A stretch of 63,825 bases of DNA, counting the filler, from Phoronis australis (lineage: Eukaryota > Animalia > Phoronida), in assembly GCA_002633005.1 (NCBI GenBank). It is 9 parts of 9 records of this genome, joined end to end, with 100 filler letters (N's around TTAATTAATTAA, not from the genome) between each part and the next. Parts side by side here need not be neighbours in the genome. Positions count along the whole stretch, not along the records: positions 36,797 to 56,083 come from NMRA01001359.1; 8 more parts are not named here. The stretch is one strand, 5' to 3'. Positions 40,719 through 53,034 of this stretch are shown here, one piece after another. The first letter of the stretch is position 1. The number at the start of each line of letters is the position of its first letter. The notes beneath the pieces were generated by a model. It saw nothing but the letters and a program-made list of their open reading frames with translations. It was not told where the DNA came from and ran no database searches. A program made the translations under genes and the position numbers.

Positions 40719-41579
40719 CTAGAAACAGAACATCCACAGCTTCAGGCAGCAGACACTTCACTGCTACTGGGAATTAGCGTGGATAAGCCCATGAGCGTGT
40801 ACTCGGAAAATGAAAATTTTCAGGCATTTTAGCAACACCAAATAAATGCCCGGCGTTTATTCAGAAAAGGGGTCGTATAAAAGGAACGTCAGTTTTGCTG
40901 ACTTTGGCATTTTTTACTTGAAACAGTGTTTTTAAATTCTATGTTTAACTTTAAGTTAATAAATGCACAATTCGCCAACACCTTGTTTGTTTTTATAAAT
41001 GATAAATGCTCCACAAAACTGAATTTATGACAAAAAGTGACGCGGAGTAGGCTTTTAAGAGAAAAATTTCCAAATAAACGCCCCACTGCCTGGACACTTG
41101 ACACCAGAAGTTGTAACAGCAAATAAATGCCTATGGTCTTTTATCCAGCATAATTTTGAGAATAAACAACCATGAGCATTTCATCGGGTGGGCTTATCTA
41201 CGGAAAATCCAAGTATTTAAATCACTAGTTAGTCCTTATTTTTAATATCCATTCCTGAGCGTTACACTGGGGGGGGGGGGGGGGGGNACACCTACTTCCC
41301 AATGCTGAAACACTTTTTGTTGGTTACAATGGCATTCATCTCAGAACAGTTTATATGACCTTAGCAAGTGGTCCATCACTTTAGCATTTTATAACATTCG
41401 CTATTCCAAGCGAGTTACGGATGTTGGGAATGTTATCCATACTGTTTGTCATTTTTAACACGGAGTGATCTAACTTTAACAACAATATTCGGGAGACTGG
41501 TCTTCCAGTCATCAAAACTTTGTCATTTCGGGCTTGATTTCTAAACAAGCAGAGTACAACATTCCATCACTAAAAATAC

Positions 41580-41704
41580 CTTGACTTGTTCCTCTCTTGT
41601 GTTGCGCACTATGCCTGGGTCACTGTAGACGCACTTGTAGAAGTTATAAGTCAGTAAGACTGAGACGAGGGTGAAGGGAACCATTGTCTGTAGATTGTTG
41701 ACGA
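41580..41704 (-). CDS. ZDHHC17: ZDHHC17 exon after the U12 intron
   Basis: ac|(F)VNNLQTMVPFTLVSVLLTYNFYKCVYSDPGIVRNTREEQVK|gtatt, 125 nt. Confidence 0.9.
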
Positions 41705-43018
41705 GTGGCGCAGAGTTAAGGTTACGTGGTACAAGCCTGTGTACTTAGCAAACAAAACATTTCATTTCTAACCAAGTAAAAGTATATATATACTTTCTAA
41801 AAGTATAAATCGGTAAATAAAACAACAAGAATGGATCAACTGAAATTTGAAATTTTCGGATGTAATAACTTCCTTTATCAACAAAAACAGAAATAAAGTA
41901 AAATCAAACACAAAATGACAGTCGATCCATTCTCGTTGTTTTATTTACCGATTTATATTCTTCATTTCATGAAACAATGGTATCCTTGGGAGGATCTGGA
42001 TCGCCTTATTTAGTTTCAGATATATTTTCTACCTTATTCTAAAAGTAAAAAGCCTGTTGAATTTGATGTCTGACTTTTTATCAAACTACCATTGATTGGG
42101 TCATGTGACCACATTTTTACAGTTTTCTAAACTATCATTTTATTTTTTGTTTATGAACTTTAAAATTTTTCACGAAAACCTTGAAAGTCTAATTTTTGAT
42201 TGACCCTCATGCAAAAATGGAACATCTGAAAATTTCATGTGAATCAGATCACTCATTTCAGAGATATGATATCCCGAAGTTCACTGAATTTAACTGTGCA
42301 GTGGTGATCAAGAGAAGAACACAGTCACGTACTGCACTGATAGAATGAAAACACATGGCTAAATATCCCTTTCTTTTCGACTAGGACCCGTTTCAATTGT
42401 TGCCAATGTCAACAAAATCTCGACAGGAATTGCTCAATGTAATTTGTCGAAATTGCATGTAGTCACCTGCCAAGTCCATTCACAAATAAGCAATTAGAGA
42501 CTAGGCGCAATAACACCACGATTATCAACATTGCCTTAAATACGACAAAAATGCTACTTTAGTGCGACAATCATTTGAGTGCCACGTGATTCAAGCAGGA
42601 TGTTTGTCCAAGTTTACCAGAGTCTCGTAGGGATCTTTCAAAGTCAGTCTACATTAGTGTGAAAACCGCTATCGCGCAAACAGCCTTGTACTGAAATGAA
42701 ATCTTGTCCTTCGTGGAGGATGGAAAACGCATTGCGTTGCATGTATCTGACCAGTTTTCGAAATGCCCAGCAGTTTAAAAGCATCAGCATCCACAGATTT
42801 TTACACAGCTTATCAAACTTTTTCATGAAATTGTGGAAGCCAAAAGTACAGGACTCGTCTTTTAAAACCACATACTTATCCTCAAGCAGTGAATAAATAA
42901 TTCAGAAGTCTAAATGTTTTGCCTCATGCCTTTGTTATAAACCTTCTGCACCTCAATAAATGACAATGCATTATTCAATTGAATACTGTTCATTAATTAG
43001 ACTATTGTTTAAGGATAT
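41705..43018 (-). other. U12-type AT-AC intron
   Basis: Donor ATATCCTT at 43018-43011; branch site CCTTAAC at 41721-41715; terminal AC; frame continuous across it. Confidence 0.92.
41801..41962. mobile_element. Short MITE/foldback with ~45-bp TIRs inside the U12 intron
   Basis: TATAAATCGGTAAATAAAACAACAAGAATGGATCAACTG mirrored by CAGTCGATCCATTCTCGTTGTTTTATTTACCGATTTATA. Confidence 0.75.
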
Positions 43019-43119
43019 AGGGCCAGCAGTAGATGAACCATGTATAGTACATCCAGAATTTGGTGGCCATGTAGATACCTAGAGGCACGGTGTTGGTGAA
43101 GGAGTGGTCAAAGAATAAC
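43019..43119 (-). CDS. ZDHHC17: ZDHHC17 transmembrane exon
   Basis: cag|LFFDHSFTNTVPLGIYMATKFWMYYTWFIYCWP|atatcctt, 101 nt. Confidence 0.92.
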
Positions 43120-43362
43120 CTGCAAAAGAACACCCATTTCATACAGTGAGCCATGTCCACAAACAGCACAAGGTCGAAGAACAACCTGGAAGACATCCTA
43201 CTCTGACTGTAGACAGTGAGCTATGTCAACAAACAACACATGGTCGAAGAACAACCTGCAAGACATCATACACTGATTGTAGACAGTGAGCTATGTCAAC
43301 AAACAACACATGGTCGAAGAACAACCTGGAAGACATACTCTGTAGACAGTGAGCCATGTCCA
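43120..43362. repeat. 66-70-bp tandem repeat copying the exon acceptor junction
   Basis: GGTCGAAGAACAACCTG at 43172, 43242, 43312 versus exonic GGTCAAAGAATAACCTG at 43106. Confidence 0.85.
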
Positions 43363-43904
43363 ATAGGGCGCTCAAAAGATAAAAAGGGCAATCTCACTCT
43401 GATGCTCAAAACTTAGTTAAACATATAACGCATTAGCTCATATGGAATCCTGGCTACATGTTTATTCTGCCATTAAACCCACACTCGTGTTTTTTGTCCA
43501 TGTCAAATCTAAATGGCTTATTCTCATGTACGCACCTTGCTGGTACAAACTTGTCTCAGAAAACAGATAGCGAAAATGTGCATCAAGTGCTTGTCATGGG
43601 AAGCATGGTTCGCATTACTTCTGACCCTACACAAGAATGCTTGTAAAAGTGGATAGGTTTTTGCAGGAATGTCTGATATAAGCCTATCCATGTACAAGTC
43701 TGGGGGGGGATTTATGTTTTTGTAGTTCCCCAGTTTCAAATCCATGGCTTGTTAACCGGAGGAATAACGTTCTAAACTCTCTTGTAGAATTTCTTAAATG
43801 AAAACAATTCTGGTAAAATCATACGCATTACTTCAAGTTTTGAAAACACTGAATTTCAAAAACAAATGCCCAGGAGCAGACTCTTCACCAACAAAGGGAA
43901 CATT

Positions 43905-44989
43905 ACTTTGAAAGAAAATACTTTCACAAGCACTGAACTAACTCTTCCTTCCTGGGTTCACATATTGGCTAAAATGCCATCATTTTTTGTAGGTAGTGGA
44001 AACTCCAGTACCATTACGTAAACAGCTGCAAGGGAGACTTTGGTGTCAGTTAAAATTGCCACAAAACATCCGGAATGTGTTTTCGCCAGCACTTTTGTAG
44101 CAAGACCAAAGACATAACCAAACACAGGGGAAAAAGTACCCAATGTTTTTCATTGCGTTAATGAGTTTGTTGCAGATGGTAAACAAGCTACCAATTTCCA
44201 CGTCACAAGGAATATACCCGGTGAGAAAACAAGCGAACTACTGTGACTTAAATGACCCCTTTACAGACATCCTACCATCTGGATAAACTGTTAGCATTTC
44301 TCCCACGAAAAAATGCTAGCATTTTTGCCACTCATGTGAACCTAGTACAATATTCTGTGGAAACATAGTCAAACCTGGAAATGACAAATTTCTCACAACG
44401 CGGGGGAGGCACTTACTTTGAAAGACCTTTGTAGGAACCGTACAGTAANCTTTGTAAGAAAATACTTTCACAAGCACTGAATTAACTCTTCCTTCCTGGG
44501 TTCACATATTGGCTAAAATGCCATCATTTTGTAGGTAGTGGAAACTCCAATACCATTACGTAAACAGCTGCAAGGGAAACTTTGGTATCAGTTAAAATTG
44601 CCACAAAACATCCGGAATGTGTTTTCGCCAGCACTTTTGTAGCAAGATCAAAGACATAACCAAACACAGGGGAAAAAGTACCCAATGTTTTTCATTGCGT
44701 TAATGAGTTTGTTGCAGATGGTAAACAAGCTACCAATTTCCACGTCACAAGGAATATACCCGGTGAGAAAACAAGCGAACTACTGTGACTTAAATGACCC
44801 CCTTGCAGACATCCTACCATCTGGATAAACTGTTAGCATTTCTCCCACGAAAAAATGCTAGCATTTTTGCCACTCATGTGAACCTAGTACAATATTCTGT
44901 GGAAACATAGTCAAACCTGGAAATGACAAATTTCTCACAACGCGGGGAGGCACTTACTTTGAAAGACCTTTGTAGGAACCGTATAGTAA
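43905..44989. repeat. ~540-bp near-identical direct duplication joined at a single N (44449)
   Basis: 43905-44448 matches 44450-44989; probably an allelic overlap artefact. Confidence 0.8.
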
Positions 44990-45097
44990 CACAAACAGGA
45001 AGAGTTTCAACCACCAGGACACATTGATTTCTGCTATGTACCCAACAGCAAATATCACAAAGAACGGGTAAGCCAGTGTCACTTTTCGTCGGACATT
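44958..45097 (-). CDS. ZDHHC17: ZDHHC17 transmembrane exon
   Basis: cag|NVRRKVTLAYPFFVIFAVGYIAEINVSWWLKLFLFVLLYGSYKGLS(K)|gtaagt. Confidence 0.88.
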
Positions 45098-47201
45098 CTG
45101 AAACAGACGCAACAGGTGAAATGAACTCACATACTGAATGAGCGAAATGGGGAGTATAAGCCGGATGCAGTGCTGCACAAAGAAATGATGCCCCCAAAAA
45201 TTCTTTGTTTCAACATGAATGTTTTATATGCAGAGTCAGCAACATACCCAAAGCAACTTTTTTGCCTTGGAATTCAACTAATCACATTCTTGTTTTGTGT
45301 TTGAATTATCCAGATACATATGTACTCAGTTGTTCCTCATTACCAGTCTTTTGGACAGACCATCATGTAAGAAATGGGCCTGTTAGCAAGTCAGACATGC
45401 AGGTAAGGTTATCTTTGACTCCTCCAATCATCTAGTCACTTCATCATGTACAGTACATGTAAAAAAAAACAATCAAACAAAATGACCCAGAATTACCTGT
45501 CATGACCCCGAGTGCAAGTGCAATTCACCATTAGAGTAGCGGCAATAACCAGGGCCCGGGGTCTAATTCTTTTGCTCGAAATCAAACTTGAAAATAATTT
45601 TGACATTTTTCCTTCTACTTGAATACGAACTGAATATAGTTTTCTATAATCTTGCGCTCGAGTATATTATGGTTTAGGATTGTGTAATCCTACTTTGCAC
45701 TTGATGACCACAGCATTAAGGCTGCAAGTTCAAGTTTCAACTCGAAATCAGGAGATTTTACTTGAAATTTGAAGTTTCTACCAGAGTTTGTGGCTTGAAT
45801 CTTGGGGTCAGCAGGTGCAAACCTGAACTGGACACTAAGCTGATCAAATCATAATATACTGGAACACACAATAATAGACAATTATCTCGATTTGCTACGT
45901 GGAATGGGAAATGACAAACTATTCACGAGTTTGGTTTCAAGAGAAAAAATTACTCTCCCAGCCCTGGGGTCATCGCATCAGGACGGATAAGCAGTTTTGT
46001 CTGATTTATTTTTGTCTTACACTATATCATTCAAAAGTGACTTGAGACAATAATTAGGTCTTACGCTACACATATTCATGAAAAAATCTACTTTAGCATA
46101 AGTACAAAGTCTCTGAGCTACAAGTGACCTAATTATTGGACGTTTTGGCACATTTTGCATTATATTTAATTGAAAATACTAGGGATTGTTTTAAATTCTT
46201 TGCTAAAATAAAGACTTACGTTCACGGAATTTTTCTGTTACTATATCTTGTCACTGAAAGCCACATTTATTTTCCGACTGATCTTTAAAAAACACAACTA
46301 GCAAACCTTTGGAGAACCTAAATATCGGACACCATGTTTCTCCATACGCCACACCGCGGAAAACTGGCTAACCACATAATGGCCGCAGGCACCTTGTAGC
46401 CAAATTTCAGCTCGAGTGTTTTGACATATATGCTACTAGAACACAGGTCCATTTGCAACAAAATTATCCATAAAATGAAATCTGATGATGGCGCCAAGTC
46501 GTTTTGATGAATCAGTGCAGATGACTAAAGCACGTGCAAACTCACTGCAGTTTTTAGAATCTCTTTGACTTCTTGATTATATGACACCCGCATGTGCACA
46601 ATCGGGGTTTGACATGAGTATAAATCAAATGAAAAAATGGAACAGTGACCATATTGTCAGTTCAATGAGATGGTTTCATTGTGGAAAAAGATTTCATTTT
46701 AAACTTTTATAACCGATTTATGCCATCGTCCATTTTAGACCAACTTGGGGGTCTAAATCGCACCCTCTCTCGGTGAAATCAAAACGAGGCAACGCTGTAA
46801 AAAAACGAGACGGTGCCGGACATTGAATGCATTACAACGGAACAAAAATTGGTGTCATTTAATTCTAAGATTATGCTTCAAGTAATATTTTATGAAATGT
46901 CCGATATTTAGGTTCCGTCCGATAATTAGGTATACTATGTGTAACTACTGAGATAAATTGTATGAAGTATTTTTAGGGGGTGATGTTCTAATAATCACAT
47001 GGCTGAATCTTTATTAAAAAATTGTGGCTAAAGTTAAAGTTAAAGCTATTCACGAAAGAGACCCTTGGAGTAAACACCTAAGTTAAATATACACTGATGC
47101 CGTGCCTTAGTAATCTAAGAGGCAAAAATAAATATTACGCAAATGAACACAAAGAAAACACTGACTTCCAAATTAGTCAGCCACATGAAAACATATATCA
47201 C

Positions 47202-47327
47202 CTTATTGTGTGTGAAAGTTTCTATCAAATTACTTCTGTCGTGGCCTCTTTCCAGTTTAATTTGTTTCAGCTTTTTGATCAACCAGAGATTTTTCCTCTC
47301 AACAGCCAAGTCCTGAGGGGTCTGGCC
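47202..47327 (-). CDS. ZDHHC17: ZDHHC17 exon (end of ankyrin region)
   Basis: cag|GQTPQDLAVERKNLWLIKKL...THNK|gtgat, 126 nt. Confidence 0.88.
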
Positions 47328-48232
47328 CTGAAATTGCAACAGAACCTTTAAACCAGCTCAGTTTTAAAACGAGAAAGTGAGAAGACAGCACCATTTCCAT
47401 AATGACTCATCTAGAGGACAATTCCCATTGATGTCAGTATTTCAATTGTTGTTTTTTGTACATAAATTTGTGTTCAACACTTGAGTACGTTGGCACTCAA
47501 TTTTCTTAATGCAAACGCTATTTAACACTACGCATGCTTCTGCAGATTCTATCTTCCTCAAAGTCTTCTCATAAGTTCGAAAAGGCACACACAATGCTGC
47601 CCGATAATCATTGCAAAACTGAATAGAAATACACGTCGAATACAGGACTCTGAGGAAGCTAGAATCGGCAGAAGCCAGTACACTGTTCAACAGCACTTGC
47701 TATTGCATTAATTTTGCATGAATGTATCCTCCAAGCACAAGGCATTAAAAGCATATTATGTGTGTGCATAAAAATGACCACTAGGCGGTGCAGATTAGAT
47801 CAAATCATATGAAAATGGGAACAATTTGCCGTCACTTTAATGGAAAACCTATTTGCAAAATTTCACGAAATTCTGCCAGTGAGCTCTGACAATACAGAGG
47901 TAAACGTAAAAAAATTGCCAGTAGGGACAAACTAGCAATCGCAGTCGTCTGAAAGTCGTCGTCGACCATCGTCACATTTGTACGAAAAGACGGGCAAAAT
48001 TTCACAAGGATCCTGCAAGAGGTTCAGGAGATATATCCGCATATGCAAAAACATTGTCACAGAGAAAAACTTAACCAATAAGCAAATTATAACCAGTTTT
48101 ATATGATGCATAAGGACAAAAACACATTCCGACACATTCCACCAGTTGAAGGTGAGCAAAGCGTGATGTCTTCATAACTGAATAAGCCATCTAGTCCAAC
48201 TGATTGCATAGAGACACATGTGGAGATCTTAC

Positions 48233-48395
48233 ATTCGCATTCTTGAGTTCGGTGTCGGCCCCGTGCTTAGACAGTATAGAGACGGCGGTGTTGTTACTGA
48301 TGCTGACCGCCCAGTGGAGAGCCGTGTTCTGGTGGAACTTGTCCTTGATGTTGATGCCGGCGTTGAAGTTGATCAACAGGCGAGTCGGGTCCGGT
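48233..48395 (-). CDS. ZDHHC17: ZDHHC17 ankyrin exon
   Basis: cag|PDPTRLLINFNAGINIKDKFHQNTALHWAV...KNAN|gtaag. Confidence 0.93.
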
Positions 48396-48401
48396 CTGGA
48401 G

Positions 48402-48680
48402 GAAACAGCGATAAATACTAGTCGCAATACAGGGTTCGTACAAAACAACAATAAGTACTAGTCACAACAAGAGGTTCATAAAAACAGCATTGAGTACTAG
48501 TCGCAATACGGGATTCGTACAAAACAATAAGTACTAGTCACAACAAGAGGTTCGTAAAAACAGCAATAAGTATTAGTTGCAATACAGGGTTCGTACAAAA
48601 CAACATAAAGTACTAGTCGCAATACGGGGTTCGTACAAAACAACAATAAGTACTAGTCGCAATACAGGGTTCGTACAAAC
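48402..48680. repeat. ~39-bp tandem repeat starting in the acceptor polypyrimidine tract
   Basis: AAGTACTAGTCGCAATACAGGGTTCGTACAAAACAACAAT-type unit x ~7. Confidence 0.88.
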
Positions 48681-49666
48681 TTTGTTCCAGAAATAACAAC
48701 TGTTCAAGGACTATTGAGGGCAGTTCAAGGCAAACTCGATGCAAATTCAAGGTCAATTTTAGTGCAACATTGTGTGCAGTAACCACAACACCTTTTGCAA
48801 TTGGCGAAAATCTTTAAATGACCGTTTAATCAAATTGGCAAACTTGATGTTACATATTTGTGAATATTTTTTTAATGCATAAAAGTATACCAAGGAAAAT
48901 AGTTGCCATCCATTTAAAAACATTTTTTTCCCACAATAAATATTAAACTAGCATACACCAACTTATAACCAATGAAGGTATTTCAAATATTTTCAAGGTT
49001 AAATGCGAGAATTCAAGGGCATTGCAGAGTTAGAATTGAACTCAAGGCCTATTAAAGGTTAAGGTTCTGAATGCCAAGGGCTTTTCAAAAGTGGACAAGC
49101 CATGCAGTACGCATTTGTGAAAGCTGAGAAACTTAAACAAGGAATGCGTGGACCTTAAACGGGACACAAGAAATAAAAGCGCAGTTCATGAAAAGCAAAC
49201 ATTTCTTTAAATTCCAGAGGTGGGTTTTGCCAAACATGCGCTCTAAATGGAACAGGTACCATATTCATTTGGATGCTTCAAAAAACAATTGCCAAGCACC
49301 AGTTTTTTGACATGTCTTTCTTTATTTCTCAGTTTGCTTTCATTGCTAGGTATGTGTCAGTACTGCCCTCAGATATGAGCTAGAATGCTACACCAATAGC
49401 AGTATTGCGTCTATTTAAATAAACAGCAGGCTTTTACCACGTAAGGAAATTTTATTGGTTTCACTTTGTTCATAAGGACCATACATGACAGGAAGCCAGG
49501 TAATACTGAATTTCCAATGTTAGCCTAATACACAATCTGTATCATTTGCGAATGCTTGATTCTGAGTAAAGTTCGAGCCAGATAGCATCCAGCAAAATCA
49601 GCCAATAAACAGCCTCTGCATTCTGTTCTAAAACATAAATATGCTACAACCCCAGCCACATTTCGT

Positions 49667-49892
49667 CACTTCCCAATCACCCTGTATATAGCCCACACCA
49701 GAGAGGCAATGCACACACTACAACTCAAGGCACATTTCCCAATCACCCTGTATATAGCCCACACCAGAGAGACAATGCACACACTACAACTCAAGGCACA
49801 CTTCCCAATCACCCTGTATATAGCCCACACCAGAGAGACAATGCACACACTACAACTCAAGGCAAATTTCCCAATCACCCTGTATGTAGCCC
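49667..49892. repeat. 66-bp tandem repeat containing copies of the upstream exon 3' end
   Basis: TCCCAATCAC at 49671, 49737, 49803, 49869; minus strand reads WAIYRVIG versus exon WAAYRVIG. Confidence 0.9.
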
Positions 49893-50162
49893 GTACAGAA
49901 GGTACGGAGATTCTTCTTATTTAGTACGCAATAGCACCGATAAGTGAAATTCTATTTTCTCAAATTTCTTCACAAAAATAAACAACAAGTGGATTTAAAT
50001 CTACTGCCAGCATTGTTTGTACTGCGTAGATGTCATAAAACAACATTTAGCAAAGTTTCAATTCTTTCCAGCAAGGTAATCAGCCGCGGGAAATTGTTAA
50101 ATTGACAATTTTGGCAAATATTTTGAGCAAAATAATTGGACAATTACCACAATCAAACGTAC

Positions 50163-50372
50163 CCAATGACCCTGTATGCAGCCCACATGAGGGCAGTCAT
50201 CCCATTCTTATCCTCCATGTTTACATCCACTCCCTTAGCCAATAGGTAAGCAACGATGGAAGTGTGTGCAAACTGAGAAGCTAGGTGGATACAAGCACAG
50301 CCCTCGCCGTCGTAAAGAGTGGCGTCAGCACCGTACTGCATGAGCAAAACTACCATGGAAGTGTGGCCCTGT
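50163..50372 (-). CDS. ZDHHC17: ZDHHC17 ankyrin exon
   Basis: cag|QGHTSMVVLLMQYGAD...GMTALMWAAYRVI(G)|gtacg. Confidence 0.95.
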
Positions 50373-51302
50373 CTGCAACGATAAAGGAAAGAGGTCAAGA
50401 GGTCACAATGGTAAATGAAGGAGGACAAGATTTCAAATAAGAGACACAGAATGGAGCATTTTAGACCAGTTAAGAGAAATGAGATATCATGTATATTATA
50501 GGCATTTTCAAAAGCGCCCAACATTTTTCAAAACAAACCAGGCAGACGTCCACAGAGCTCTGCCACACTCTCGCTACATTTTGATATACATTTTGCCCTA
50601 ATCATTTGACAGTTAAGCCGAACTTTGTCGCAATAAAATAACCTTTTTGTTGAACTTTCATCAGATGTTATTGCGCCTTGGTGTTAATCGGTTATTAATT
50701 AACTTTTCACGTAAGTTTTCACGATATCCACAGCGTGAATGGAGCAACAACTGTCGAGATTTTGTCAAGTTTTAGCCAGAATGAAATGGATTCTAGTAAA
50801 AAACAATGGATATTTCGCCTTGATATTGTGAACTGAAACCCAGAGTTTGAAAACTACTGTACTCACAGAGGACGAAGTTAATCCGAAGTTAACAGAAGTT
50901 TACTAGGTGGCTTTTTATATTAAGTGCAGGTGATTTAAAAAAACAAAGTCTATCAAAGGTTGCTGCAAAAATAACAGGTTGAATACGAAACATCATACAC
51001 ACAACTCTTCGGCATTGTAAGAGCAAAAAACGTGTTTCCCTTCACACACTTTCAAACTCAGGTGACCTAGACTGACGAAGTTGACAGAGACGTTGGAACT
51101 TCTGTGTGAATTGTTTCAATATGCCACGACACAACAGTGGCAATATGAGAGAAAGATGGTCACAAAAAATTTATAAAAAAACACTGGAAAATTTCCAACT
51201 ACATGAAATCAACATAAGAATGCAGAACTACACTATCGCCACCTAGCAACAAGGCCTATTTCATAATGCCACCGCCATATTGGAGAATGACAGTTGACTT
51301 AC

Positions 51303-51380
51303 CTTGTAGCCCAATGTAGAGGAGTAGAATTCAAATCCCCACCAAACTGATCAACAATGGCACCTTTAGATATATAATAC
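51303..51380 (-). CDS. ZDHHC17: ZDHHC17 ankyrin exon
   Basis: cag|[25 protein letters not shown](R)|gtaag, 78 nt. Confidence 0.95.
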
Positions 51381-52017
51381 CTGGAAAAATCAAATGAGTA
51401 CACGGTTTCCAGGACATCACATAATGGAGAGTGGTTAGCATGAAATGTAGGACCAAGTTCCTTGTTCCAACAAAGCCGTCCTCAGATGTTCAGCATGTCA
51501 ATCACATTTCTTGAATGGCGACAAAAATATAACACTGGACAATACACAACTGAATGTCAACAACTGCGAGAGTGATGTGAAGTGTTGAATGCTCCCACCA
51601 CAGCAACACACACGGTATGCTTCTAATTAGTACCATGCAATATACATAATTAAACTAATTTAATGAAAGCAGGAAATCGACTGGTGGTGCCGCATCCCAG
51701 CCATACACCTCATAGTTCAAGTCAGTCAAAAAATCTGTCAAGCCATTTTTTAAATTAAAAGGACAACATATATCTTGTCAAAAACTACAAGATTCACACG
51801 GAGCTTTGCAATGTACCACAGCAGTTGAATGTGTTCAAAAATCGACTGGTTTCCGTGCATACTCGCCAAATAACTGTGAGTCAAATTTTTATTTTCCCAG
51901 GGTAACCACAACCGTAAGCTATTAAGTCAGCAGACAGAAGTACATCTTAAGCAATCCCACACATTTCTTCTAATTAAATCCTGCCCTGTTGCATATCGAA
52001 ACTGGAACAAGGTTTAC

Positions 52018-52133
52018 TTGACTAGCTCTGTTCTGTTGTTAATGGCCGCCCAGTGAAGTAGATACACATTTTCTCTGTCTGGTTTATTGACTGGATAGCC
52101 ACCTTCTATCAACTCCCTACATCTGTCAAAGAC
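52018..52133 (-). CDS. ZDHHC17: ZDHHC17 ankyrin exon (5' edge in gap 52134-52503)
   Basis: [38 protein letters not shown](K)|gtaaa. Confidence 0.93.
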
Positions 52134-53034
52134 NNNNNNNNNNNNNNNNNNNNNNNNNNNNNNNNNNNNNNNNNNNNNNNNNNNNNNNNNNNNNNNNNNN
52201 NNNNNNNNNNNNNNNNNNNNNNNNNNNNNNNNNNNNNNNNNNNNNNNNNNNNNNNNNNNNNNNNNNNNNNNNNNNNNNNNNNNNNNNNNNNNNNNNNNNN
52301 NNNNNNNNNNNNNNNNNNNNNNNNNNNNNNNNNNNNNNNNNNNNNNNNNNNNNNNNNNNNNNNNNNNNNNNNNNNNNNNNNNNNNNNNNNNNNNNNNNNN
52401 NNNNNNNNNNNNNNNNNNNNNNNNNNNNNNNNNNNNNNNNNNNNNNNNNNNNNNNNNNNNNNNNNNNNNNNNNNNNNNNNNNNNNNNNNNNNNNNNNNNN
52501 NNNNTATCTCAGAAGTTCAATACAAGTCAAGGCTTCGCAGCACTGGCTGGAGCATAAACAGACATTACGTCGGACGTTTTGTTTGAGTAGGCTTGTGAAC
52601 GTACGGTCGGGATTAATAAAGGATTAACTCGAACCAGTCTTCAGTCAATCTTCACACCGAAAGCTGTTAGCACCGGTCTGTAACCACCTGCGCCCACCCA
52701 CACACGGGGAAAAACGTGACAAACATGACATTTGGTCATGTGGCCTTGCTCTTTTTGACAGTGCTTGCCGTCAAAATGGCAAGGACCTCTTCCTCTCCCC
52801 AGATGGAAACTAGAATGTCATACTCACAATGCAGCCAATGGTTGCCACGTTGGGACGATGACAACATATTAAACAAGTGAAACGCGGAGCATTGAAATGC
52901 GCCCACAAATGCATCGCAAATGGTGTGCTTTTAGGGGTTTTGTTTGTATCATCGACATGGCCACAAGATGGCACAAAATACGTCGAATCCGTCTGAAAAC
53001 CAGGAAATGTCACCGTTTCTTTAAAAGAAAGCCA

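Noticed and set aside
43905-44989. True tandem duplication giving a second ZDHHC17 donor
   Set aside because: Near-identical copies joined at a single N, typical of unmerged allelic overlap; needs reads
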